In this document: one piece after another, positions 37,041 through 52,400 of the stretch
Layout of the letters: each line of letters starts with the position of its first letter
Position numbering within the stretch: the first letter of the stretch is position 1
NCBI GenBank assembly: GCA_051362555.1
Contig: CM120640.1
Coordinates: 21,080,001 to 21,144,000, forward strand
Length of the DNA: 64,000 bases
From: Lingula anatina
Lineage: Eukaryota; Animalia; Brachiopoda
Direction of reading: 5' to 3'
Notes under the pieces: model-generated
Told to the model about the DNA's origin: nothing
What the model saw: the letters and a program-made list of their open reading frames with translations, nothing else
The model's database searches: none
Made by a program: the position numbers and the translations under genes

Positions 37041-40000
37041 ACGATGCATCACCCAAAGGTTTGGTGCCATATTTTATATGTAGCGTAACTCACAGAGTAG
37101 TCTCGAAAATACACAAATTGCATAAACAGGCTACATTTTTTACCTCCCTCCTCGCTGCCTAACTGGCGGCGAATCCGAACGGGTTTAGAAAGCTCCTTTT
37201 TCCCTTGCCCAAACGAGAAGACAGAAAGTACGGCACCAGCCAGTCGTTGATAGAAAGGACGTTTTGGGAGTCGCTTTTTTGGGGAAACTTTCCTCCTTCT
37301 CTGGATTTCGGCAAGTTTCTGTGGCGATACGTGTGTAGACGACCATACTTTGCCGTATTCCATTTGATGCAAGAAGTCTTGAATGGCCTTCAGTATCTCG
37401 ACCTGAAATTGCGATGATAAACTTTAAAAAATTATAAAAGTTCTATAGCATACGGAGCTTTGTACGGAGCTTTGTTAGTATCATATTAACTTTTTTTTAT
37501 TTTCATTTAAGTTTTATTTTATGGAATTTTCACCGCGGTGAAAATAATTTTCACCGCGGTGGAAAATAATTTTCACCGCGGTGGAAAATAATTTACACCG
37601 CGGTGGAAAATAATTTTCACCGCGGTGGAAAATAATTTTCACCGCGGTGGTAATTCCTGGCCATCTCGGCCCGGGTGATGCATACATGTAGTATATGCGA
37701 ATCCAAAATTTACCAGATGTCTGGGAAGGAAGTTGATTAAGACAAGCACATGCACATGCACGCGGTTTAACCGGTCTATGTGCCAATCATCCCAGGAATG
37801 TGGAGGAAGCGGGCAGTATTCGAATAGATTAAAAACCACCGAAATGCTGCAATGTTGTACGTCGTTTTTCCCTTTATAATAACTTGCGTATTATTGGGGA
37901 TATTGGTAGAAAGAAACCTCTCCGAAGAAACCGAGATTACATCTATTAAGATAAGATCTATGGGCAAACACATCACACGAATATTTAAAAATACATTGTC
38001 CAAAAATAACATTAAGTATTTAGTAATTACAATGGGATTCCCTTTGCATAAAACTGCAAGCGGGACTTTAATTATATAGGTGGTAAGTAAAAATGGGAAA
38101 CCTAAGTTAACGGCAGTGGCCCCACGAACAGATCCACCAACCTTGTGTGTATGTAACAATAGTATGCACCGTGACGGCATCTGGCAAATGTAAGGTTCTC
38201 ATTAACTATTCATCACCCGGGCCGAGATGGCCAGGAATTACCACCGCGGTGAAAATTATTTTCCACCGCGGTGTAAATTATTTTCACCGCGGTGAAAATT
38301 CCATAAAATAAAACTTAAATGAAAATAGAAAAAAGTTAATATGATACTAACAAAGCTACGGAGCTTTGTTAGTATCAGATTAACTTTTTTTTATTTTCAT
38401 TTAAGTTTTATGTTATGGAATTTTCACCGCGGTGAAAATTGTTTCTACCTCGGTGAAAATTATTTTCACCGTGGTGAAAAATAATTTACACCGCGGTGAA
38501 AATAATTTACACCGCGGTGGGAAATAATTTTCACCGCGGTGGAAAATAATTTTCACCGCGGTGGTAATTCCTGGCCATCTCGGCCCGGGTGATGAATTGG
38601 TAATGAGAACCTTGCATTTGCCAGATTCCGTCACGGTGCATGCTACTGTTACATACACACAAAGTTGGTGGATCTGTTCGTGGGGCCACTGCCGTTAACT
38701 TAAGTTTCCCATCTATATTTACCACCTATATATATAATTAAAGTCCCGCTTGCAGTTTTATGCAAAGGGAATCCCATTGTTATTACTAAATACTTAACGT
38801 TATTTTTGGACAATGTATTTTTAAATATTTTTTGTGATGTGTTTCTTAGATCTTATCTTAATAGATGTAATCTCGGTTTCTTCGGAAAGGTTTCTTTCTA
38901 CCAATATTCCCAATAATACGCAAGTTATTATAAAGGGAAAAGCCACGTACATCATTGCAGCATTTCGGTGATTTTTAATCTATTCGAATACTGCCCGCTT
39001 CCTCCAGATTCCTGGGATGATTGGCACATAGACGGTTAAACCGCGTGCATGTGCATGTGCTTGTCTTTATCAACGTCCTTTCCAGACATCTGGTAAATGT
39101 TGGATTCGTATAACTTACATGTATGCATTACCCGGGCCGAGATGGCCAGGAATTACCACCGCGGTGAAAATTATTTTCCACCCCGGTGTAAATTATTTTC
39201 CACCGCGGTGTAAATTATTTTTCACCACGGTGAAAATAATTTTCACCGAGGTAGAAACAATTTTCACCGCGGTGAAAATTCCATAACATAAAACTTAAAT
39301 GAAAATAAAAAAAAGTTAATCTGATACTAACAAAGCTCCGTAGGTATTTCTAAAATGAAGACCTAGCAAACCCATGCTAAAATTAGTGTTTTTCTGTTGG
39401 TGTAAATTTTTTCTGTTACCATATATGTGCTCATATATACACAAATCCAACGTCTGACACTTACCGCGCAGCGAAGAGGGTACGTTGCAAAAGTGAGCAA
39501 GTGGCTTCGCACGTCTTCACTCTGAAAGAAAGGAATTTAGAAATTGCTATAGTACACTTCCTATTCTCAACAAAAATACAAAATAATAATTATTATTATA
39601 AAATAAAAGGAACAGAAATATATATATTTATGTATACCTTAAAGATCATAAGCGTTGTCGCGAAGAGTCTAAAATATTCATTTACCTGCTGATGCTCTGA
39701 CAAGCTCTCGATGGGTGAACGAATGGAGGCCTCAGTTTTCTTGGGGACTGCTGCTTTCTTCTCGTCTTCTTTGACGCTGCCTTGAATTGTTGGATTTTTC
39801 TCATTTAATGGACTGTGTACAATGGTGGAAGTATGAGTGTCAGGGGACTTACGAGGTGCAATCTTGTTGAGAACAACCTCTGATGCAGTAACGAGGACGT
39901 CTAGGCCGTTGATTGCCCCTTGGCCAAGCGAGGACGTCATGATTGCTTGAGTTCCCGAGTTGACGTAGCCCATCATTCTCCGTTTGATGCGTTTTCCGAT

Positions 40001-43000
40001 CTGAAGACGTGACAGGCAGACAGCACATGTAATAATTAAAGCATCTTTTTGAAACATTGTGACTTCAAACTCCGTTTTTAATATATGGTACGAAGGGTGG
40101 TGTCTAGCACTAAAATAATGTCATTATTTGAATAAACTCGACAGGTGGTTAAATGGAAATATGAAATACCAATCCTATTAAGTGCCATTTCACGAGAGAA
40201 TCAACCAAATAGCGGCAAGGTGGGGGTCAACAGATTCAACCCAAATTTTCTGTGTTTGATAACTGTTACAAAAGATGTTGAAAGCACACTTTAAAAAAAT
40301 TCTGAAAATTCTGGAAAAAATAGATATTGCCATCTGAAATTTGGGGGGCCTGACCACACAAAATATCGTAACAAAAGTAGTGGAAGTTTGCTTGTAAATT
40401 CCATGAAGGATTTAATATTTTAGCCTTAACTATTCCCTTTTTCTAAGGATCCATGCCAAGACCTTTCGGATGATATGTGACTAAATTGTCAATCACGTTG
40501 CTATAGTAACGAAATTGGCCCGTGAAAAGAGGGTACAAAATCAAGGTAAAAAATCAGCACTCGCCAATTGGCAAATTTAGCCTAACACGGCGTCAAATTT
40601 GAATAAAATAAGGCAATTTTTGAACAGTTAAGGACTTGAGCTTTGTAATTACGCAATAAAAAATACTGCACCTCGTCAGGATACGTTGGGGTGGACGTCT
40701 AGAATGAGGGGTGTGAGCGGTGAGTTACGCGGTTGTTCATTTCTATGGTACTGTTGAAATACGCCTGGTTTTTATTAATCGTACTTTTTGCTTATGTTAA
40801 CACAAATGACAATACTCTAAATAGTTTTCCGAATGATTAGCGTCGTTGTAATTGGTTTCAAGACCAAGAAAATAGTTCGAAACTTACGTCCATAACTCTG
40901 CGTGCTTCCTCACAATCAACATGGCGGAAAGATGTGGACGTCGGTGTGAGAAGTCAATATTTTTGATGCAGAAAAGGGAGCATGCGGACTTAAACCTGTC
41001 TACAAATATCAGACGAGTTGTATCTTGCTTCGGGAGTGAACCAGACATGTTGAGAATCATTTACGAAATCTGAATGTGCTTCGCGTCCAGGGTCAAATCA
41101 GGGATGATAGGGAGCACTTTCTTCAGACGCTCCGAGTGTGAGCTACTGAGCCTAACGGTATATTTCGACTAGGGACGGAATAGACTCAATCCAGAGAGTG
41201 CCAACACCCACTTCACACAAAGAAAGGAAAACCCTTTGCTAACCAAGCGACTGGTGTCTAGATTTCAAAGATTTGTTTGCCCTACTCACTAGGCCTAGGG
41301 TATGAGGTAAATAAGATTCTGTGCCATGCCTTAGATTCATCATCCTTTATATGTCTTATTAGTTTTACTGAAAAAAAACCTTCATTCTGCTTATTATATG
41401 CGTTTCTCTTTGAAAAATATTGTTGTTTAGTATTCCAATCAATGTTTGTTTCAATATCATTGATGTTTGTTGTGATAATTCTAAAGCTTGAAATGTGGAT
41501 TTTATCATTGCTAGATAGGACCCTGCTAATAAAAAGCCTTTCATCTGGGTAAATTCTATAGTTTCCAGAAAATTATAAGCAAGGATATATATATATATGT
41601 AAAATTATATTTTCATTTTGTTTTTCAGATTAACTGAGTGGAGAAAGCCAGTTAGAACTGGGTTGCAGTTATATTTCTGCTAGATAAATCTGTCTGCCAG
41701 CTGAAAACTAACATGGATAGCTTTGGAGAAATATTAGTTTAGATGTTGTTGGGTACTATCACTGTGCTCCAACATTTTGTCCATAATGATACCAGCTTTA
41801 TCTGAACAGACAGGCTTCTTTGTTCAGCACAAGCAGGAGAGGACAAATGTGAACAAAAATTGCTCCCCTTAAAGTCTCATAAGAAAGGATGAATAAAAAA
41901 CAAAGAAGAAACTGTTAAACAAGGATGCATAACTGAGTGTTCAGCAAATCATTGGTTATTTTTCATGTTTTTAAAATCTGTTTATCTGTGGAGTTGGATC
42001 GACCTATGTGGGATAATATTTCATTGGGAACAAGCCATATGGCTGATGCAGAATGTTATATAAGCATGCAATGTCAGCATCCCCTTTAAAAATATACATA
42101 ATGCTCCACAGTGTATCCATTGTAAACTATTACATTTTTATCTTTGGAGCAAGGTGGTACTTTTTATGTTACTTTTCATTTTTAAAAATTATTATTGAAG
42201 CACTCATTTCAGGTGCATGATACCTGTTTTTATTCATTTCCATTTCTCATTCAAAGAAAATCAGATTGCTTAAAGATAATGATATATATTTTATTGTAAT
42301 TTTGAAAATTAAAAAAAAGCACCAAAAAAATACACTGTACAACCTTTTATTAGACTAAAAACGTCTTGCACAAATATATATAAAGTAGCAGATTTATGTG
42401 TTTAGTTGTTCTTGAATCTGCACTTTCATAACAGGCTATCAGTGTGTTAATGGTACTGCTTTCCTCATCTGCTTTCTGAATATCTCTCCATACAGCTTCT
42501 TCCTGACCAGGTGACAAACAATTCAGAACCAAGTTGATGCCTTCTCTTGCTTTCTGTTTGTAATACCTTCTCGTTCTTGGGGCAGCAGTGTCATAGCTAG
42601 ACTTAAGTTGACCTATAGCTGGTTCAAACCCACCACGAACAAGAAAATTATTCAAATTCCCCAGATCCTGGCTTTACAGGTGTAGAGGCCCAAGAAGCTT
42701 TAAGTTCTGTCCTCCCACTACTTTGTGAGCTGCTGCTGCTGCCTGACACTGGCATGTCTAACCTTGCACGCTGAAAACAGAGGTTCTTTGGTTATTGTAA
42801 CCTTAATAATGGGAGAGGTGAAAAAAGAATTGGTGTGCCTAAATAAAAGAAGCTTTTCATATCAAATCTTCAATAAACCATCTAATGGTCACAAACCTCA
42901 AAGTCCTGATTTACAAATTAACTCGATACTTTAACAATGTAAAAACAGACTGAGTGATTTACAAAATCTCTACTTTCATATGAGAAGAGTGGAGGAATTG

Positions 43001-45383
43001 CTATATAGTTATATCAGTAGTGTGCACCTTTATAATTACAGTATTGCTAAAACTATGCATGGAAATGATATTATAACTTACATCAGTTTCTTCTTGGGCT
43101 GAAGAAAGTTTAGACATAGAAGCCACAGTTGTATGTTTAGTTGCTGTATACTTCTCATGGTGACAAGGGGACCTTCAGACTATCGAGACGTACCTGTGAC
43201 GGGCAGTCTCTTTCTCTTTACACCTTTTACAGAGCTGAAAAAAGAATGGTATCACCTTTCAAATAAGTATCAGTCAAATATACTATTTAAATTTCTACAA
43301 TATTAATAAAAAGTTGTTTCATAATATACATATATATATATGTATGTGCACAAACAATCATTGAATACATGCAAGTGAGTTACTCTAATATAAATGTTCC
43401 ATTTCTCAATAATTTCGTATAAAAAATTATGCTAAATGATCTCCTATCATTGGAGAGTGTGTATATAAACTGGTTATAAAATTTGTTATGGTTTTTCCAT
43501 TGTTGGAAAACTACAATTACATGTAGCTGACATAGCCATTATACTTACATGACCCTACTGGACCAACACACCAAAATCTAGTTTCAGCTCCTTGGAAATC
43601 TCGAAGCCAATTGCTTTGTAAGAAGAGGGTTCCCTTTCCCTTTGAGAAGTGGGTGCTGGGACTTTTTGGACGTAGTCCAGTTCGTCCCTAAACGAAACCT
43701 GTGTGCTGGACATATTGTTAAGTTGAGTAGTTGGGTCAAAGTCGAAATGGCCGAGCCTGAATAAGCTCCTTTAGCTTGTTTCTGGACATGAAGCACTTTC
43801 AGGTTCTTACGTGGTTTTAAACGTCTCTGGTACACTCCCTAAGCAAAACACACCTCCTGTGGTATTGTATCGAATGCTGAGTCCGCACGGTATACTTTCT
43901 GCACCAGGAATATTCGCTATCTCACATCAAAGTCCGCCTCCTTCCGCCATGTTGTGTACATTTTGGGGTCAATGACGCAGAGTCATAAACGAAAGTTTCG
44001 AAATATTTTCTTTATCCTCTAATCGTTACAATAACCTTTATAATTCGGAAAAAACTTTAAGAATATTTTCTATTATGTTAATATAAACAAAAAAAGTACG
44101 ATTTATAAAGATGAGACGCATTTGAACGGCACTATCGACCGGAATCACTGTATAACTCACCGCTCATACCCCTCATTCTAGACGTCCACCCCAACGTATC
44201 CTGACGAGGTGCAGTATTTTTTATTGCGTAATTACAAAGCTCAAGTCCTTAACTGTTCAAAAATTGCCTTATTTTATTCAAATTTGACGCCGTGTTAGGC
44301 TAAATTTGCCAATTGGCGAGTGCTGATTTTTTACCTTGATTTTGTACCCTCTTTTCACGGGCCAATTTCGTTACTATAGCAACGTGATTGACAATTTAGT
44401 CACATAACATCCGAAAGGTCTTGACATGGATCCTTAGAAAAAGGGAATAGTTAAGGCTGAAATATCAAATCCTTCATGGAATTTACAAGCAAACTTCCAC
44501 TACTTTTGTTACGATATTTTGTGTGGTCAGGACCCCCAAATTTCAGATGGCAATATCTATTTTTTCCAGAATTTTCAGAATTTTTTTAAAGTGTGTTTTC
44601 AACATCTTTTGTAACAGTTATCAAACACAGAAAATTTGGGTTGAATCTGTTGACCCCCACCTTGCCGCTATTTGGCTGATTTGGTTGATTCTCTCGTGAA
44701 ATGGCACTTAAAAAATTTGATCATAATTTGGTGTGACAGAAATTCATCAGAGTTCTGTGACTTATCCAGCATACGCCTTCCACTTACTTATTTAATAAAA
44801 AACGAGATAAGTTTCCAGGAAATAACTTAAACTCGGGTCGGAAAAGGAACAAATAAAAATGCTACCTTTTTTACTGGCTGCTGAGTGACTGGATAATTAT
44901 CTTCGATCGTATCCAAGCAGTGTGAAGCCACGCATTCTAGTCTGGTTGCTAAACGATAAAATGATATATTTTCTACCAGTAGATTTAGGTGAATTCGTCC
45001 TTAACATGTGAGGTAGATCAATTGATGTGGGGAGTTGCGGCAATGGTCAATAAAATTAACTTTTTCTTATACGAGGCAGTAATAACCACACCTGCAACAG
45101 TATATAAAAAGAAATGGGTAAATCGCGACAGCTAGTTATGAGAAATGGCACATTCCAAACCTTGAGATTTGAACAAAGTAGATAGGCCGAACTGCAGTGG
45201 CTTTGTCGTCCATGTCACTGCCCCTAGTCCGTATTCCACCATAGTGCTACCAATGTTGAACAAAGTGCTCCCCTCTTTGCATTCATTGTAACATTCTTTC
45301 GTAGATTGGATAAGCGGCAGAGAAGAAAGTCTGGTGGCAAAACTTTCTTCAGAGGTGTAGGGCTCTTCCTCCATTTGAGCCAT
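35851..45383 (-). CDS. Perilipin (PAT)-domain protein with acidic/basic low-complexity C-terminus
   Basis: Exons 45383-45161, 44948-44866, 40000-39686, 39521-39465, 37402-37144, 36915-36764, 36481-36407, 36111-35851 join in frame. PAT-like segments: SFATRLSSLPLIQSTKECYNECKEGSTLF, LECVASHCLDTIEDNYPVTQQP, IMTSSLGQGAINGLDVLVTASEVVLNKIAP. Confidence 0.72.
37465..38357. mobile_element. Foldback-type non-autonomous element, copy 1
   Basis: TIRs start TA|cggagctttgttagtatca and contain tandem ~21-22 bp units (tttcaccgcggtggaaaataat), followed by gtaattcctggccatctcggcccggg. The right end lacks its last ~3 nt. Confidence 0.85.
38359..39340. mobile_element. Foldback-type non-autonomous element, copy 2 (inverted relative to copy 1)
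   Basis: TA|cggagctttg ... caaagctccg|TA. The internal region is the reverse complement of the copy 1 interior. The TA duplication suggests Tc1/mariner-type mobilisation. Confidence 0.85.
40182..44707. mobile_element. TTAA-flanked long-TIR DNA transposon (Sola3-like, non-autonomous) in an intron of the perilipin-like gene
   Basis: TTAA|gtgccatttcacgagag ... ctctcgtgaaatggcac|TTAA, with near-identical arms 40182-40727 and 44153-44707. The Sola3 label rests on the TTAA TSD, the several-hundred-bp TIRs and recalled N-terminal motifs. Confidence 0.8.
42400..43950 (-). pseudogene. Truncated N-terminal exons of the element's putative transposase
   Basis: ~43950-43549 ICPAHRFRLGTNW..QHPL; ~43233-43081 LCKRCKEK; ~42771-42400 LNNFL..EP...RTRRYYKQKA..LSPGQ...LIACYESADSRTTK. 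Frameshifted; no DDE core seen. Confidence 0.6.
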
Positions 45384-46304
45384 GTTTTTATTGGTGCTTG
45401 GTTTCAAGCGAACCGTCTCTCTTCCAGAGATGGTATCGGGAGAGATACTCACAATTTTGTGCAAGGCTTTTATTACAGCGGTCAGTCAATGACGTAATTG
45501 GACGAGTCCAATCCCCAAAGACGTCTCTCCCCTTCCCACAGCATTGCCTCTCCCTCTAAGAAGGACCGTGTTTCATGTTTTATTCTAATGTGAAATCCAC
45601 CTTCTGGGATTTTCCCAAGAATAAAAGTCATGGAGATTGGCATGTATTTCTTAGTTAGACAGTCAACCTCATCTGATAATTTATACCAATAAGTTTACAT
45701 TGTTTGATTACATTATCATTGTTGCATTTTCTCAAATGGTACCAGTATAACGACAAGTGAAGGTAGGCATAAGTTTACATACCTTTCATCGTCCTCGCTC
45801 CAAACCCATCAATAATAATCTAAGTATACTAATCTCAGACTTTGGGTCACAGATTGGGTCAGACAATTTGACAAGGCAGAGGTGGATTAAAATATTAATT
45901 TGAAAAATAAACAAAACAGCAACAAAATATTAATCAAATTTGATTTCGCCTTATCTGGCATTCATCACACGTCTTAGAACTTACGTTGGGGCTAACCATA
46001 TACGTTACAGGTTCGGTCGAATTATAACACTAATCAAATAATTTGCCGAGTTGACAAACTAAAAATTGTTTGTCACACATTAGATATTTCTGAAATATTA
46101 GACAAAAACTCCTCAGATTCTAATAGACTTGTGATTCTCAGATTCAATATTTTGAAAAATCTTTTTGTAATGAAATTATTTATCTCACATCTGTATTAAT
46201 TTGTTAACTTATATTATGCCCAATAATTGAAAAAAGTGAGCGGCAAATGACAGGCAGTAACGCAATTGCAACAACACCGGGTGTGCTCTTGTTTCGCTCT
46301 CGTT

Positions 46305-46370
46305 TCTTCACCGGAAGCACAATCACTTCATTCCAGTCACGTGACCGGTCTCTTATTCCAATCCGCCATC
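46305..46370 (+). promoter_or_regulatory. RPS13 core promoter / 5' TOP-like start
   Basis: ETS-type CCGGAAG (46311), palindromic E-box GTCACGTGAC (46336-46345) and pyrimidine-rich ctcttattcc (46350) about 20 nt before the ATG. Confidence 0.6.
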
Positions 46371-48323
<1,953 letters not shown>

Positions 48324-49444
48324 ATTGGATATTTTATGTAAAGTGACTTTGAATAAGAAAAAAAGAATAAAGTGTACAGACTGAATAAAGCAAGTTGTCA
48401 GTTGTCCTTTGAGATCTCAGTTTAAGGAAGCTAATTTAAAAGTACACTTTGTCTCGTACACAAGTAACTTAACACTTTTTTTTTGTGACAAGTTTCATAT
48501 CTCAAGTTGGAAGGTTTTTTTCAAAAAATGTCTCCCTTGTTTAGTTCAAAGACATATAAGCCTTTGTTATTATGGAAAAAAATCTTTTCAATGGGGGTAA
48601 AATTGCAAATTTTTTACAGTTGCTGTATTTTTTAAGTCTTGACGTTTTAAAATAAAAGCAATCCTATTGAGTGGTAGCAACAAAATTGAAAAGCATAATA
48701 CCTGTTCTGTTTCATGCATTAAAAGTACCACAAATGCTATACAAAAATATAATTTTAACGATTTTTAAGTGACGTCTGAAATTTAGATAATTTTTGCCTA
48801 TTGAAAAGATGGACATTACCACATTACTCCTTTATGGAATGGGGATTGAACTGTACACCTTGATTTAGCATTTTTTTGGAAAAAAAGGTTAAAATGACTA
48901 ATTGCTTGATCTTTCAAACATTAAAAAGTATATTCAACTGTTCATGATAAATCGAAACTATCCAACAACGCCTGAAATGTATGTGAAATTTTGGCTTCAG
49001 TTTACAATTTTCAATTCCAGAACCACCGAGTTTTTATGTCTGAAGTAATTAAAGAAACATGGGTTTGTAAAACTCAATAAATTTATTAAGGAGCGGCAAA
49101 TGATCCTTCCAACAAACTTTCAAATTGAAAATAATATGTCATATAAAAAAATAATGTGATGTATTTGAGGCTCAAGTTTCCATCTGGATTTGCTGCATAA
49201 CTTGAAATTTCACAAAAATTACTTTAAAATATTCAAGGTGGTAATAGCAATAGCCAATAACTTTTGCTGCATCATTGCATTGAACATTAATAAGGTGCAC
49301 CAAGTAAGGAATGATTTCATAGTTTGCAGGAACATCTACACTTCTTTCAAAATATTTACAAATGGCACCATATTATTTCCAGTCATTATAAACCATGGAA
49401 ACTCACAAAGATGTGAATTCAGATGATTTGAATGAGTAACAAAA

Positions 49445-52400
49445 TCAATGTGACTTGGCAAAGCTTGGAAGTTTCTGGTAAATAAATAAAGCTAAAAAGA
49501 TAACTTTCTGCCATAAAGCCCGAGCAACAGCCACACGCTTAGCCAGGAGGCACCACACTATGATGAATGTGGTGATTTTTATGAGAAACCAGGAATACTG
49601 TAATCTGAAACAAAAAAAAAATATATATATGAAATTGCAAGATTTCTGAAAGTGTTTATGCACTAACAAATCAAATAGAGTACTAAATGTTTTGATCATT
49701 GGAAGACCAAACAAAAGTAAAAAAACAGTTTACAAAACTTGAGAAGCTGCCAGGTTTAAAAGGTGATTGTAAAGCATTATGCTTGCTATCTATTGTAATT
49801 CTTTTTGTATAACAGTCAATAACAAACCTTTTCATTGCCCTTCTTGCGCCTGGCAAGCCTGACAATTCTTCTTTCAAAAAATACCTCTTCACGCCAAGAC
49901 AGTAGTTTTCCACATAAGATGGCCAATTGATGCTCTTTACATTAAAATTGAAAACCTTAAAAAATAGTTGTTGAAAGTATTTTAAATCAAATACAAGGAA
50001 CAACTATTATCAATTATATTTCAGCTCAATATAAAATGTATGGATGCTATATAAATTCTGGAACAGTTTACATAAAACACATAAGACACTTACCAATGAA
50101 ATATTAACTACAATATAATATACACCAAACAGAAATAAAAGGTACAGCCATTTTACTGTCACATTATAATCCCAGCATCACAAGCTATTGACAACTACTT
50201 AATATAAGGATGTATTCTTTTTAAGGCCGGTGATAGTAAAAGGACCAAAGTCATAGAAACAAAGCCCTGGGCTTATAAGTTTTTATAAAAAATTAAAACA
50301 AACTTCCCAAAAGGCCAATTAAAGACGGGGATTAAGTACAGTGTCCAACGGATGACGCTCTGGCGCCAATTTGAGGGGAAAAATGCCGTTTTCGGTATTG
50401 GGATTTTCTCTATAACCAAGACAGCTATTCAAGTGATTCAAAAGGCCTCATAAAGCTGGGTGAAAGCACTTCAGCGCGGTACCAGGGAATTGTCTTAAAC
50501 TATTTACTTTTGATTTTATCATCTTTTACGTTAAATTACCCCATATTTCAATGGCTTATTCACTTCAAAAGGCGATATCTTTCAAACACAATTTTCTCTT
50601 AAACCCCTGATATCATGCTGTAGTCCACATTCCTAACAACAATAGGTGCAACTTTTGTAACGATCGGTTGCTCAGATAGTGAGATATACTTGGCAGCGAT
50701 TCACTTATCTCGTCAATATAGAAAGCTGTTAAAACAGCCAAAAACGTTCACAGGTTGGTTAACAGGGCTTATTAGTCAAATGCTTAGCTGGCAAATTTAC
50801 CTGTTATCGGTTATACGATCAGCTGGAACCATTGCTTATTGTCGTCTAAAAATATTTTGTTTGGGTGCTTTGAAGGGGCAGAAAATCGTGCTTTTGTTAC
50901 ATTTTCCGACCACTCGTTAGGCATGTAAGCGTGCCGCCATTTTGATTGACAGCTCTGGAGAGGGCCCTAGCCTTGTGATGCCCAGTAGGGTGTCAAGGAT
51001 ATGTAGAAGGAAGCGCTAACAAAGGCGATTACGTTTAACCGCAATTAAGAGGTGTGAAGTTGCATTTGAACGTTTCAATGGCTCTTCCTCGGCAATCGAG
51101 TAATTTTACCTGAGAGATTCCTTCTTTGTTATCGGCAAAGTGATCAGATAAAACTGTGTCGAGAGCAAGTGTCCGTCACTTGTGTTGATACGAGTTTTTT
51201 GACGGGTAACGCTGCAGGATTATTTTGCACGGCACTTGGTAGTCGTCAGATCAATGGAAAAATCCAGTGATTACTTCAGAGCGGTCTCGCTCAAAATGCC
51301 AGCTAAGATAAAGGGGAGACGCTCAGCTGCACAAGATTCAGCGGTAAAAGTGGCTGAGAGAAGGCTTTTGAATAAATATTTTATTTTTACACACATGACA
51401 CTTAGACCCTATTTGCTTTTTACCTGCTAGCCTTGACTATTCTCGGGGTCTTTTTGTGATTTTCATTTTTGGACACTTGAACTCTTTCTTCCCGCTTGAT
51501 CAGTGATTTTGAAATTGTTTTTCTCCAAATATCGCAAAATGCAAAGCCGCTAACATGCGTTTTTATTTTTATTGTTTTAATCATGCTGTCAACCTTTGCT
51601 TGGATTTCTCTTGTTTGGCCATTCAAATCACAATTTTTCGCGTGTCTCTCAAGCTCCATGATATCATATCTTGGAGAATAAAATTTTATTTTGTCAACAT
51701 TAGATTTACCTTTTGCAAACGGCGACCAACAATCATTTCCGGTTTCATAACGTGTCGCAGATACGCTCGACGATATATATCGCAAAAATTAAAGGCTAGG
51801 CTAAAAGTATCCTTTTTTAGCTTTTTTTATTTATGTTTTTATCGATTTTTCTTTCATTTGTCAATTAATTTAGGCGATTCGATTAACTCTTTCACCCATT
51901 TATTAGGTATACAGAAATCAGTCATCCGACTGAACAAATAGGGCCGGTTTTCCCCAACCGCCACGCATAGGCCTTACTCTCAAAATTTTCCTTCTTTCCT
52001 CTGGAAAGGGACTTTTAACACGAACTTTTCTCTTCCCCATAGTGTACTAGCTAGACTTCTTCGCTGCTAAGCTGATGTAAGACTTATGACCTATTACCGC
52101 ACACGTAATCGGCTTATAACTCATTAACTGTGCTCCGACCCCCTCATGGCAACGGCCCTTAGTAACAGAGGCGTGGCTTAGTTGTCAGCCTGACTGGGGC
52201 GCGTGCCGGTTGAAAAACTCATCAAAAGACGCATTTTGCGATGCAAATTCATAAAAATTATTACATCCAACGTTAGATACTTTTTTGATTAATATAAACA
52301 CACAAAAAACTCAAAAACACGATTTTAAGCGTATTTAACCCTATCACCGGCCTTAAGCACACTCAAATTCCTACCAATAACATACAAGTTACCTCTGGCA

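Noticed and set aside
37525-39280. Regular 21-22 bp palindromic repeats resembling a CRISPR array, and their ORFs (HRGENYF/TAVKIIF repeats)
   Set aside because: The units are contiguous with no unique spacers, no cas genes are present, and they lie inside transposon TIRs in a eukaryotic intron.
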